From: Candidatus Saccharimonadales bacterium
GTDB taxonomy: Bacteria; Patescibacteriota; Saccharimonadia; Saccharimonadales; SZUA-47
Length of the DNA: 64,000 bases
Direction: 5' to 3'
Assembly: GCA_038211855.1 (NCBI GenBank)
Contig: JBBQVE010000007.1
Coordinates: 53-64,052, forward strand
Shown here piece after piece: positions 26,060 to 35,111 of the stretch. The first letter of the stretch is position 1. Every line of letters starts with the position of its first letter. The translations under genes were made by a program, and so were the position numbers. Below the pieces are notes generated by a model that was not told the origin of the DNA, made no database searches, and saw nothing but the letters and a program-made list of their open reading frames with translations.

Positions 26060-26518
26060 ATGTCTGATGTATTAACAGAACGAGCTACAATTAGTGGCGA
26101 AGAACATGATCTGATGGATAGCGCTGTGCTGGCGTTTGATTTTGCAAATCATTTTAGGGCTGAAGTTAAAAATGAGTATGGTCAAGGTTGGATGAAGGAC
26201 CGCAGCATAAATCCTGAAGATCCGAGATATGCATACATAGACAAGACGACTTTCTACGATACACTTGATGAACTAGAAAATAACGGCACTCCCCACGTCT
26301 CTATCTTGGTGATGACTGAGATGGGTAAAGTGACTCTGGACAGCGTCCACGGCATTCAGCCTTACCGTGATGTACACGAAGTCGAAGACAATGTTGACGA
26401 GGCGGAATTAGTAACTCCCACCATCTATGATGCGAGACGAATTGTCTATAGTGCGATTGACCGACTCGCCAATCGAGTACCCGGCGTACCATATGACACG
26501 CTCGGAGCCACCGCGTAA
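26060..26518 (+). CDS. Hypothetical acidic protein
   Basis: ATG with an AGGGG Shine-Dalgarno sequence 7 nt upstream. On the opposite strand to the flanking ribosomal-processing genes. Confidence 0.5.
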   Translation: MSDVLTERATISGEEHDLMDSAVLAFDFANHFRAEVKNEYGQGWMKDRSINPEDPRYAYIDKTTFYDTLDELENNGTPHVSILVMTEMGKVTLDSVHGIQPYRDVHEVEDNVDEAELVTPTIYDARRIVYSAIDRLANRVPGVPYDTLGATA

Positions 26519-26558
26519 TTACCTAGAGATGTAACGGCGAAAAAAGCCCCACAAACCT

Positions 26559-26584
26559 AAAGAAGCACCCGTAGGTGCTTCTTT
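26559..26584. terminator. Bidirectional rho-independent terminator
   Basis: AAAGAAGCACC-CGTA-GGTGCTTCTTT perfect 11-bp stem with A and T runs on either side, between convergent genes. Confidence 0.7.
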
Positions 26585-26742
26585 AGTCACATAAAGCTCC
26601 CAACATTTCTGCTGTTGGCTCGCAAGAGCTTGCTTTTGTGCGACTCCTTTATACTACCGCACCATAAGCATTATTTCAAGGGGCTTCCCTCTGTTATTTA
26701 TGCACACCAGTGGACAACCCACATATAGCGTCTGATTTTACT

Positions 26743-27270
26743 CTAGATGTCTAGGTCGTCGAGTTCGGCTAAGTCTTTGCGGGTTTTGCTGATCGAGTCG
26801 CTGTGGCTATCGTCATCGTCTTTGTTGTCGTCGCTTGTAGAAGGAGCGGGCACTGCTGAAGTCGACCAAGCGTCTTCAGTTACTGTTCCTTCACCAGCGG
26901 CTGGTGAGTCACCGTCTTCACGGCGGCTTTCATGGTGATCATCTGAACGCTCATCTTGGCGATCGTCATGACGGCTGTCGTGGCGATTATCTTCACGATC
27001 TTCACGAGGTGGCCGTGGTTCGCCATTGTCGACGATCTTCAAGTTATAACGGGCGTCATTCTTGGTACCAAGGGCACGTAACAATGTACGCAAGCTCTGA
27101 GCTGTCGCGCCACGCTTTCCAATCACACGGCCGAGATCTTCAGGATCGACGGTCAGTTCAAGTAGCACGCCTTTTTCATCAATAGTGCGGGCTATGCTAA
27201 CGGCATCGGGATTACCAACAAGAGATTTTACGATATATTCAACAAATTGCAGATCTATAGAATTGTCCAC
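26743..27270 (-). CDS. KH-domain RNA-binding protein (YlqC/UPF0109-like) with a long acidic/His-rich tail
   Basis: VGKVIGKRG-type motif (LGRVIGKRGATAQSLRTLL). Sits next to rpsP, the canonical position. Confidence 0.8.
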   Translation of the reverse strand: MDNSIDLQFVEYIVKSLVGNPDAVSIARTIDEKGVLLELTVDPEDLGRVIGKRGATAQSLRTLLRALGTKNDARYNLKIVDNGEPRPPREDREDNRHDSRHDDRQDERSDDHHESRREDGDSPAAGEGTVTEDAWSTSAVPAPSTSDDNKDDDDSHSDSISKTRKDLAELDDLDI

Positions 27271-27328
27271 GGTATATGCCTCCCATTACGATTGGTACAG
27301 TTGTAGTATAACAAACTGCTCGTGCTTT

Positions 27329-27829
27329 TTAAGCAGCAGTTTCTTTTGGAGTTTTTGGTTCTTCGGTCGGCTCTTCAGCGACAGGAGTGTCGGCTGTTGG
27401 TTCGTTCACTTCGGCTTCGGCAGCTGGTGCTTCTTCAACGGCAGCTTCTTCAGCGACAGGTGCTTCTTCGGGAGCAACAGCTTCGACGGCTGGCTCCTCA
27501 ACAACAACCTCTTCTTCAGGACGGTTGCGACGAAGTTTGTCGTTGTGCTTGATTGAACGACTCTTGCTGGAGTCGATTTTGACCCAATCAGGTAGTTTCA
27601 CACCTTCACTTTTCATAAGGTAGGCGACACGTGGTGATGGCTGCGCGCCATTCGTGACATAGAAGGTGGCCTTTTCTTTATCAAGAACAACGGCCTTAGT
27701 GTGCGGGTTGTAGTGGCCGACTTGGGCAACAATAGCGCCACTCGTAGGGCTACGGTGAGCTTCCTGAACGATTACACGGAATTCGGCATGACCTTTTCGG
27801 CCGACGCGCTGGAGACGGATTGCAAGCAT
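27329..27829 (-). CDS. rpsP: 30S ribosomal protein S16 with an acidic Ala/Glu/Pro-rich C-terminal extension
   Basis: MLAIRLQRVGRKGHAEFRVIV...HYNP. Confidence 0.95.
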   Translation of the reverse strand: MLAIRLQRVGRKGHAEFRVIVQEAHRSPTSGAIVAQVGHYNPHTKAVVLDKEKATFYVTNGAQPSPRVAYLMKSEGVKLPDWVKIDSSKSRSIKHNDKLRRNRPEEEVVVEEPAVEAVAPEEAPVAEEAAVEEAPAAEAEVNEPTADTPVAEEPTEEPKTPKETAA

Positions 27830-27880
27830 GTGAGCAAAATACCTTATTTTTAGCTACTTAATATACGATTTCACTATATT

Positions 27881-28609
27881 TTACAGATTGGTCGATGATT
27901 TGTCAACTGAGGTGGCGGCTTTGCCCGCTGTGAGGGCTTTATCAGCGGCATTTATCTGAGCGATTTGCTTGCTAGGTCCATCGCCCGTGCCGCGTAAATC
28001 ATTCTCAACATATACACCGACGGTAAAGACTTTATCGTGGTCCGGACCAATCTCACTCATGACTTTATACGACGGCGTGAAGCCTTCGGTACTCTGGACA
28101 AACTCCTGATAGCGTGATTTTGGATCCATCCATGAACCACTTTTGAGGATGTCGTCAAAGGTCGCGAGAACACTGCTCGTAATAAAGATTTTTGATGCTT
28201 CATAGCCTTGATCAAGATACAGCGCACCTATAACGGCCTCGTAACAGTTGGCCAGGATTTGGGCACGCCCCCGATCAGTTCCCCGTTTTTCACCTCGAGA
28301 AAGACGTAGTAGCGGTTCGAAGTTCAAACGTGATGCTGCGGCGCTAATACTTTCGGTTCGCACCAGCGAGCTACGCCAGTTCGTCAGAATGCCTTCCGGT
28401 TCGTTGAAGGCGTTATACAGATATTCGGTTGAGACGAGTTCCAAGACGGCATCACCAAGAAATTCTAGGCGTTCGTTGTGCACCTGCACGGTCTTCTTGT
28501 GCTCGTTTACGTATGAACGATGCGTAAAGGCGGTTACAAGTAGCCCTAAATCGTTAAATGTGACGCCAAGAACATCTTTAGCAAAGGCAGCGTAAGGTGA
28601 AAAATCCAT
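27881..28609 (-). CDS. rnc: Ribonuclease III
   Basis: NERLEFLGDAVLE signature plus a C-terminal dsRBD. Confidence 0.95.
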   Translation of the reverse strand: MDFSPYAAFAKDVLGVTFNDLGLLVTAFTHRSYVNEHKKTVQVHNERLEFLGDAVLELVSTEYLYNAFNEPEGILTNWRSSLVRTESISAAASRLNFEPLLRLSRGEKRGTDRGRAQILANCYEAVIGALYLDQGYEASKIFITSSVLATFDDILKSGSWMDPKSRYQEFVQSTEGFTPSYKVMSEIGPDHDKVFTVGVYVENDLRGTGDGPSKQIAQINAADKALTAGKAATSVDKSSTNL

Positions 28610-29110
28610 CTAAACTCTAGAATCCCTGATCTTTTTAAGCCCTAATAATATAATTTTACCGATGTCTTCGTATTCGATTTTATCAAGTGCTTCAGCCGCT
28701 GTAAACCATTTGATACCGTTCATCCATTCTTCTGGCTTGATAGCGTCAGTATCACCAACAGCGTGTACCAAGAAGATTTCGGTTGTCATTAGCACCAAAC
28801 TCTGTTGACGACGATAACGAAAGTTAATCTTGCCGAGCCAGCCCATCATCTCAACCTTCGCGAGGCCGGTTTCTTCCATGACTTCGCGCTCAGAAGTCTG
28901 TTTGGGTGTTTCACCCTTCTCGATATGTCCCTTTGGTATGGTCCAGCGGTCTTTGGCATCCTGAATCAGCAGAATTTCAACGTCCCCTTTCGTATTGCGG
29001 CGGAAGACGATGCCACCAGAGGTCGGTTCGCGAACTACCTCATTAATCGCGGCGTTCTTGCGATTAATGAGCTTTTTGAAAGCTTTGATTGGTTTCGGTC
29101 GGTATGCCAT
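28610..29110 (-). CDS. NUDIX hydrolase
   Basis: Nudix box GHIEKGETPKQTSEREVMEETG. Confidence 0.85.
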   Translation of the reverse strand: MAYRPKPIKAFKKLINRKNAAINEVVREPTSGGIVFRRNTKGDVEILLIQDAKDRWTIPKGHIEKGETPKQTSEREVMEETGLAKVEMMGWLGKINFRYRRQQSLVLMTTEIFLVHAVGDTDAIKPEEWMNGIKWFTAAEALDKIEYEDIGKIILLGLKKIRDSRV

Positions 29111-29117
29111 GCGTAAA

Positions 29118-29624
29118 CTATTCTTTTTCCTTTGTGGTCTTCTTCTTTGCTTTGGCGATTGGTTTTGCCTTGGTAACAGTCTTTTTGGTGGTCTTGGCTT
29201 CTTTATTTTTCAAAACGGTGCCGAGGACGCCGTTGATGAATTTGCTGGAATTGTCACCACCGAAGGCCTTAGCTAGTTCAACTGCTTCGTTAATCACCAC
29301 TTTTGGCGGTGTATCATCGGTGCCATACAAGAGCTCGTAAATCCCCATCCGGAGAAGTGAGCGGTCCATACGGGCAATCTGATCAATCGGCCACTCTGGT
29401 GCGACCGGTCCGAGCACCGCATCAAGCTCATCCTGCTTCTCTGTTGTGCCTTCTACGAGTCGGGAAATAAAAGCCTTGTCTTCCAGAACCTCTTGGTAGC
29501 GAGAGATATTGCGCAGTAACACCTCTTGTAGTACGAAGCCTTCATCTTTTACGTCACGCCGAAAATCTTGCTCATACAGTGTTTGCAGAGCAACAATGCG
29601 GCCAAGGTGACGGTTAGATGCCAT
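29118..29624 (-). CDS. nusB: Transcription antitermination factor NusB with a Lys-rich tail
   Basis: [10 protein letters not shown]...[25 protein letters not shown]. Confidence 0.9.
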   Translation of the reverse strand: MASNRHLGRIVALQTLYEQDFRRDVKDEGFVLQEVLLRNISRYQEVLEDKAFISRLVEGTTEKQDELDAVLGPVAPEWPIDQIARMDRSLLRMGIYELLYGTDDTPPKVVINEAVELAKAFGGDNSSKFINGVLGTVLKNKEAKTTKKTVTKAKPIAKAKKKTTKEKE

Positions 29625-29650
29625 GTTGTTAAAACCTTTTAAGGGGTTAA

Positions 29651-29809
29651 TTACTTCGTTACGGGAACAGTCTTCTTTGCAGATTCGCGGCTGGTTGTAC
29701 GGACTTTAACCGGACTCTTTGCATTTACGGCACGAGCGAGCTTAAGTACGAGGTGTGAGCGTCGTGTGCCGGTACGACGCGGACTGGTACGTTTCTTGGG
29801 TTTTCCCAT
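29651..29809 (-). CDS. rpmF: 50S ribosomal protein L32 (52 aa; too short for the supplied ORF track)
   Basis: Hand translation: [52 protein letters not shown]. The P-KKRTS...RRSH motif is typical of L32. Confidence 0.85.
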   Translation of the reverse strand: MGKPKKRTSPRRTGTRRSHLVLKLARAVNAKSPVKVRTTSRESAKKTVPVTK

Positions 29810-29896
29810 GAGTCTACTACAACTCCTTCCCTGTTATGTCAATAAATATTGCCCCCATTATACCCTGTAAAGCCCCTATAAAGCAACCAATAAATA

Positions 29897-29926
29897 TTGA
29901 CATAAGCACAACTAGTATGTTATAAT
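29897..29926 (+). promoter_or_regulatory. Near-consensus sigma-70 promoter (TTGACA-18-TGTTATAAT)
   Basis: -35 TTGACA at 29897-29902. Extended -10 TGTTATAAT ends at 29926. Start codons follow at GTG 29931 and ATG 29934. Confidence 0.6.
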
Positions 29927-29930
29927 AATT

Positions 29931-30284
29931 GTGATGAATCATATACCAGTAAAACAATTTATTGAAGAAGCTCATGACAGGTCAGTAGAACGTAAATTCG
30001 ATCGACGCCTGAGCGTACCACTTCGTTTTGCAGTTGGCTTTGTTGCTGCCGGCCTAACTATTGGTGCTGGATATGCGCTTGGTAAAGCTGCTCCTGATGG
30101 CTCACCAAGCCAAACAAACATGGAACGCGTTGAAAAATGTGCTATTCCTGATGTGAAAGCACTCGAGAGGGAGGCCTCTCAAACGGCCGTTGATGATATA
30201 ATCAGCCGCTGTGCGATTATTGAAGGAGTTACACTTCTCCCGACTGATTACGCAGCTGCAGAAGCAGCTATTGCACAAGGCTAA
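29931..30284 (+). CDS. Hypothetical membrane protein
   Basis: One TM helix (FAVGFVAAGLTIGAGYALG). The true start is probably ATG 29934, 7 nt after the -10 (leaderless). Confidence 0.55.
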   Translation: MMNHIPVKQFIEEAHDRSVERKFDRRLSVPLRFAVGFVAAGLTIGAGYALGKAAPDGSPSQTNMERVEKCAIPDVKALEREASQTAVDDIISRCAIIEGVTLLPTDYAAAEAAIAQG

Positions 30285-30290
30285 TTAGCT

Positions 30291-32783
30291 TTAGACCACG
30301 AAATTTAGGATCCGGCCAGGAACATAAATCGTTTTGGCCGGTTCTTTATTTTCGAGGTGTTTTTGGACGTTTGCGTCAGCTAAACCTGATGCGATGACGG
30401 CTTCTTTGGATGCATCGGAGGCAACTTCAATCTGGGCGCGGACTTTACCATTGACCTGAACAGCTAAGGTGATCGTCTCTTGTAAAAGGACTGACTCATC
30501 ATATTTGGGCCAGTGACCAATATGCACGCTGTCTTCGTTGCCAAGCTGATGCCACAGTTCTTCAGCGATATACGGCGCAAACGGCGCGACAATCTGTACT
30601 AACGACTCAAAAGCATAATTCCAGGCGTCAGATTTAACGATCGACTCTTTGGCTTTGATCAAATACAGCTCGTTCGTCATCTCCATCATTGCGGAAACAG
30701 AAGTGTTAAAGCTCAGGTTGGCCATGTCGTCGGTGACTTTTTTGACGGTTTTATGGGCAACTACCGTAACCTTTTTGACCATTTCTTCGGACGTCGTACC
30801 GACTGCGGCGTCAATATACTCCTGCACCAGTGTCCAGACGCGGTTCAAAAAGCGGTACGTGCCGGGCACACCGTGGGTGTTCCAACTAGTGTCTTGATCG
30901 TACGGCGCAATAAATAGCTCAAAAACGCGTAGTGAATCAGCCCCGTAGCCGGAATTAATAATATCTAGCGGATCAACAGTATTGCCTTTGCTCTTGCTCA
31001 TCTTCGCACCAGATTCGGCATTAATATAGCCGTTGAAGACAAGTTGTTTGACGGGTTCACGGCCAATCTTGGTTTCGTCAACTAGCTTAATGTCACAGAA
31101 GAACTTATGCCAAAAACGGAAGTACAGTAAGTGGCTAACGGCATGGTCAGCACCGAAGTAAAAGTCGACTGGGAACCAGTAATCTGCCTTGTCTTTATCC
31201 CAAGCCTGCATGTCGTTGTGGGCGTCGGTGTAGCGGTACATGTACCAGCTCGAGCAGGCGTAGCCGTCCATTGTGTCAGTTTCGCGCTTGGCTGGGCCAC
31301 CGCACTTTGGACAGGTAGTGTTCACCCAATCAGTCACGCCAGCCAATACAGAATGATTACTGCCGTCGGGCGCAAAGTTCTCGACCTTTGGCAACAAAAC
31401 CGGCAGATCTTTTTCTGGTACGGCGACAACTCCGTCAGTGCCACAGTAGACGATAGGAATCGGTGCGCCCCAATACCGTTGACGGCTTATCAGCCAGTCA
31501 CGCATTTTGTAGGTGGTAGAACGCGCGGCGTAGCCAATATTTTCAAGGTACTCGATAATGGCATCACGGTTCTCACCGGCAACTTTACCATCAAATTCAG
31601 GTGTGTTTATCAAAATACCGTGCGACATATCAGTGTAGCAATATTCCAGATTACGGACTTTTTCGGCTTCTACAGGATTAGCTGGCACCATCGTAGGGCG
31701 CAGCAAAATGTCATATTTCTTGGCAAACGCAAAATCGCGGTCATCATGCGCCGAACACAAGACAATACCCGTACCATAATCTGCCAAAGCATAGCTTGTA
31801 ATCCAGATCGGCAGGTCTTGTGCACCAAAGAAGTCGACCGCATCACGGCCGGTGTAAATACCTTCCATACTATCGGCGCCTTTTTCGCCCAGGCCATCGC
31901 GTTTCATGATCATTTTCTGAGCAGCGTCCAATGTTTCCTGCGCATTCGGTAGACCTTCAATGAGTTTTGGTAAAAAGGGATGATCGGGTGCTATCGCCAC
32001 AAAAGAGTTGGCTGTAAAAGCTTCAAAGTGCGCCGAATACGATTCAATAGTGAGATCGGTATCTTTAACCTTATTCTTATAGATGACTCCGTGACTTTTG
32101 CCAATCCAGTTCTTTTGCATGGCTTTGATTTTGGAAGGCCAATTCAAGTCATCAGTCATTTCTAAAAGTTCATCTGCATAATCTGTAATCTTGAAAAACC
32201 ACTGCTTTAGATGCTTTTTTATGACGTACGGATCATCATCACCATCATGACGCCAGCATTTGCCATCAATCACCTGCTCGTTAGCCAAAACGGTCTTACA
32301 CTGGTTACACCACCACTGAGCCTTTTGGGCTTGGTACGCTAAGCCATGCTCGAATAATTTCGTAAAGATCCACTGTGTCCATTTGTAATAACTGGGGTCG
32401 CTCGTCGTGAATTCACGGTCCCACGCATAGCTCATCGCAAGTGCCTGCAACTGTTCTTTGAAGTAAACCGTGTTCTTCTTGGTCGTTTCATCAGGTGGCG
32501 TGCCGGTTTTTATAGCGTAGTTTTCGGCGGGCAAACCAAAGGCGTCCCACGCCATATTGCTCATCGAATTATAGCCTTTTTGGCGGTAGTAACGGGCTAC
32601 GACATCGGCAATGGCGTAGTTGCGGACATGGCCAACATGCATGGCCGAACCGCTGGGGTAGGGCAACATCGGCGTGGCGTACATCTTTGTTTTCGACGTA
32701 TCTTCAGTCACCTCGTAGGTCTTGTCGCGAGCCCAGACTTTGCGCCACTTCGGCTCGATTTCTTTGGGATTGTATCTGTTCAT
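30291..32783 (-). CDS. leuS: Leucyl-tRNA synthetase
   Basis: HVGH (HIGH) and KMSKS motifs. 830 aa with a CP1 editing region. Confidence 0.97.
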   Translation of the reverse strand: MNRYNPKEIEPKWRKVWARDKTYEVTEDTSKTKMYATPMLPYPSGSAMHVGHVRNYAIADVVARYYRQKGYNSMSNMAWDAFGLPAENYAIKTGTPPDETTKKNTVYFKEQLQALAMSYAWDREFTTSDPSYYKWTQWIFTKLFEHGLAYQAQKAQWWCNQCKTVLANEQVIDGKCWRHDGDDDPYVIKKHLKQWFFKITDYADELLEMTDDLNWPSKIKAMQKNWIGKSHGVIYKNKVKDTDLTIESYSAHFEAFTANSFVAIAPDHPFLPKLIEGLPNAQETLDAAQKMIMKRDGLGEKGADSMEGIYTGRDAVDFFGAQDLPIWITSYALADYGTGIVLCSAHDDRDFAFAKKYDILLRPTMVPANPVEAEKVRNLEYCYTDMSHGILINTPEFDGKVAGENRDAIIEYLENIGYAARSTTYKMRDWLISRQRYWGAPIPIVYCGTDGVVAVPEKDLPVLLPKVENFAPDGSNHSVLAGVTDWVNTTCPKCGGPAKRETDTMDGYACSSWYMYRYTDAHNDMQAWDKDKADYWFPVDFYFGADHAVSHLLYFRFWHKFFCDIKLVDETKIGREPVKQLVFNGYINAESGAKMSKSKGNTVDPLDIINSGYGADSLRVFELFIAPYDQDTSWNTHGVPGTYRFLNRVWTLVQEYIDAAVGTTSEEMVKKVTVVAHKTVKKVTDDMANLSFNTSVSAMMEMTNELYLIKAKESIVKSDAWNYAFESLVQIVAPFAPYIAEELWHQLGNEDSVHIGHWPKYDESVLLQETITLAVQVNGKVRAQIEVASDASKEAVIASGLADANVQKHLENKEPAKTIYVPGRILNFVV

Positions 32784-32836
32784 TAAGCACTCATTATAGC
32801 AGTCTTGCCTTCTTGAGCACAGACGTCGGATTGGTA

Positions 32837-33649
32837 CTAAGTTTTATATCGTGGGTGTCGCCAGACAAATAGTCCTTCACCTCCCATAGGGCGGAATGTT
32901 ATGCGGCTCCTGAGTTCAGGGCTCCTCGTATAGTCGCCCACGGCGATTTGCATTATTCTCACAAAATCTGCAAAGACTACATCTGCTTTTGTCATAATTT
33001 TGAACTCATCAAACAAAAAAGTAACCGACCTCTCCTGACCCTCGTAGCGATGTAAAATCGAAAAAACTGCTACCGATTCTGGTGCAAATATACTGAAATC
33101 CATATCGCGAAATTCAAGTCTTTCCGACTGCAAACCTTTTAACCATTGCTGGTTCGATTCTCCTAGTAGGTTGCCTTTTGGCGTTAGTCTAAGGCCCACA
33201 CCGGGTTCAAAGACTACTTGTTTAGTATCTTGCTCCATATCGACTTGCGCCGGCCGCGTCACAAATGTCGCACCTTTTACAATTAGTGGACTGTTTTTAC
33301 TATTCTGGGCTCCCATCGTCAGGTCTATCAGGTTCCTACCAAAGATTGGTCGTAAAAGATGCATGAGCGAGTCATGTGCATGTAGCACACTATGTGAAGA
33401 CATCGTGAGTTTGCCTTCAGCTGTAAGTGCCGACCGATTTGCGAACTTATCTGGAGTGGCCATTGTGTAGTAAAGTAGCGCGCGAGCCCGCAGATCGTCT
33501 GAATTTTTATAAACGTGCTCCACTGAGCCGTCAATCTCAAGCTTGCACCCATCGAAAGCGACGGTAATGAGCTGACCACGCTCAACCAAATGAACATCTG
33601 ATACTTCTAAGTGTTGGGTAAAATCACCTTTGCTCACATTCGCTGCCAT
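32837..33649 (-). CDS. Hypothetical protein
   Basis: Intact 270-aa ORF. Extended -10 TGAGATAAT lies 6 nt before the ATG. No recognisable family. Confidence 0.5.
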   Translation of the reverse strand: MAANVSKGDFTQHLEVSDVHLVERGQLITVAFDGCKLEIDGSVEHVYKNSDDLRARALLYYTMATPDKFANRSALTAEGKLTMSSHSVLHAHDSLMHLLRPIFGRNLIDLTMGAQNSKNSPLIVKGATFVTRPAQVDMEQDTKQVVFEPGVGLRLTPKGNLLGESNQQWLKGLQSERLEFRDMDFSIFAPESVAVFSILHRYEGQERSVTFLFDEFKIMTKADVVFADFVRIMQIAVGDYTRSPELRSRITFRPMGGEGLFVWRHPRYKT

Positions 33650-33705
33650 ACAAGAATTATCTCATATCAGAGTGCTGTATTGCCAATACTGCAAAATTAT
33701 TTTAA

Positions 33706-35100
33706 TTAGTTTCGCGACGAGAAGGTGCCGCGGGCGTTGCCGTCAATTTGCAGCAATTGCTCAACCGTAACAAAGCGAAAACCGCGGTCCTCCAGCTGGG
33801 TAAGCACGTCAGGCAAGGCATCGGCGGTTATCTTCTGAGTATCATGCATAAGCATGATTGCACCAGGCCGTGATTGGCCAACAAGTGAGGCCACCATCGA
33901 GGCTGACGTGGTGCCCGGCCGCCACTCTTGGGCGTCGATGTTCCAAAGAATCAGTGGCATAGGAACGATCGCTTTTACATTGTCATCGACCGAACCGTAG
34001 GGCGGGCGCAGGAACTTAGCATGGAGCCCAACCGTATTAAATGCATTCTGGGTGTCATCAAGCTGTCTTCGTATCAGTGACGGCGTCTTGAGTTTTACGA
34101 GATCCGTGTGACTAAATGTATGCGATTCGACTTCGTTGCCGGCCGCAAGAATTCGCTTGGTGAGATCAGGCGAACGTAAAACGTGGTTGCCAAGTTCAAA
34201 AAACGTACCTTTGCTGTCATGAGCGCTCAGAATATCCAATACTCGCGGCGTTATCGTAGGGTCGGGGCCATCATCAAACGTCAGCGCGATGCAGCTTTCA
34301 ATGGTGCAATTTGGGGCAGCGACTCGACGTTTTAGCGCCGCCGCATACTCCCGATCAAGACTCGTCTGGACATCTTCTGGAATATGGACCGGATAGGTTT
34401 TGAAGAAATCGTGCCGATACATCTCGGCAATAGCCGGTAGACGGCCAAGCGGAATATCCCTATAGACTGGTGCACCGACATATTTGGCAAGCGCTCCCCC
34501 AGCGTAAAGTCGCACTTTATAATTTGGCAACAACCCGATCGCGAGTGGCTGGCCGACAAGTGCTTGCAGATCTTTTTCTGGGGCATGAAGCAGCTTGGCA
34601 AATTGGTTGACCATGGACCTCGTCAGTGTAGGTTGCGTCACGCTATCGCCGTCAGCAATCCAACTCTCATAACGGATAGAAACACTGCCTGTGGGATGAT
34701 ATTCATCAGTTTCTATCGTTACGGATTCAAGATCTTTGGCGCTGTAATCTATCCGCGGTACAATGCGTAGTTGATGGAAAAATCCAGCCACTGCCGGACC
34801 GATCGGTAAGGCCGCCGTGAAGGCCTGGACTTGTTCGGCTTCCCTTACGCCCACCACATCAACTATGGCTGTATCAGCACCATGAGGCGTGACCGCTTGG
34901 ATGGTGGCGTTTGCCAAGATTTGTTTGTTGGCGCTAGGTGAGATACGGTCAAAATGAGTACCTGAAATTGAAACAATGAGCGGCTGTTGTACCGCTGTCG
35001 GCTGTGTTATTACGTCTGTAATGAGGTACATAGGAACCAGAACAGCGCCAATCACAAACAGACTGCGCCACAAACGAACAAAGACTCGTACTCCTCTCAT
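33706..35100 (-). CDS. Membrane-anchored polysaccharide deacetylase (NodB domain)
   Basis: The C-terminal domain has TFDDGP, ESHTFSH, LRPPYGS and LMHD motifs. Confidence 0.85.
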   Translation of the reverse strand: MRGVRVFVRLWRSLFVIGAVLVPMYLITDVITQPTAVQQPLIVSISGTHFDRISPSANKQILANATIQAVTPHGADTAIVDVVGVREAEQVQAFTAALPIGPAVAGFFHQLRIVPRIDYSAKDLESVTIETDEYHPTGSVSIRYESWIADGDSVTQPTLTRSMVNQFAKLLHAPEKDLQALVGQPLAIGLLPNYKVRLYAGGALAKYVGAPVYRDIPLGRLPAIAEMYRHDFFKTYPVHIPEDVQTSLDREYAAALKRRVAAPNCTIESCIALTFDDGPDPTITPRVLDILSAHDSKGTFFELGNHVLRSPDLTKRILAAGNEVESHTFSHTDLVKLKTPSLIRRQLDDTQNAFNTVGLHAKFLRPPYGSVDDNVKAIVPMPLILWNIDAQEWRPGTTSASMVASLVGQSRPGAIMLMHDTQKITADALPDVLTQLEDRGFRFVTVEQLLQIDGNARGTFSSRN

Positions 35101-35111
35101 GCCTCACTATT

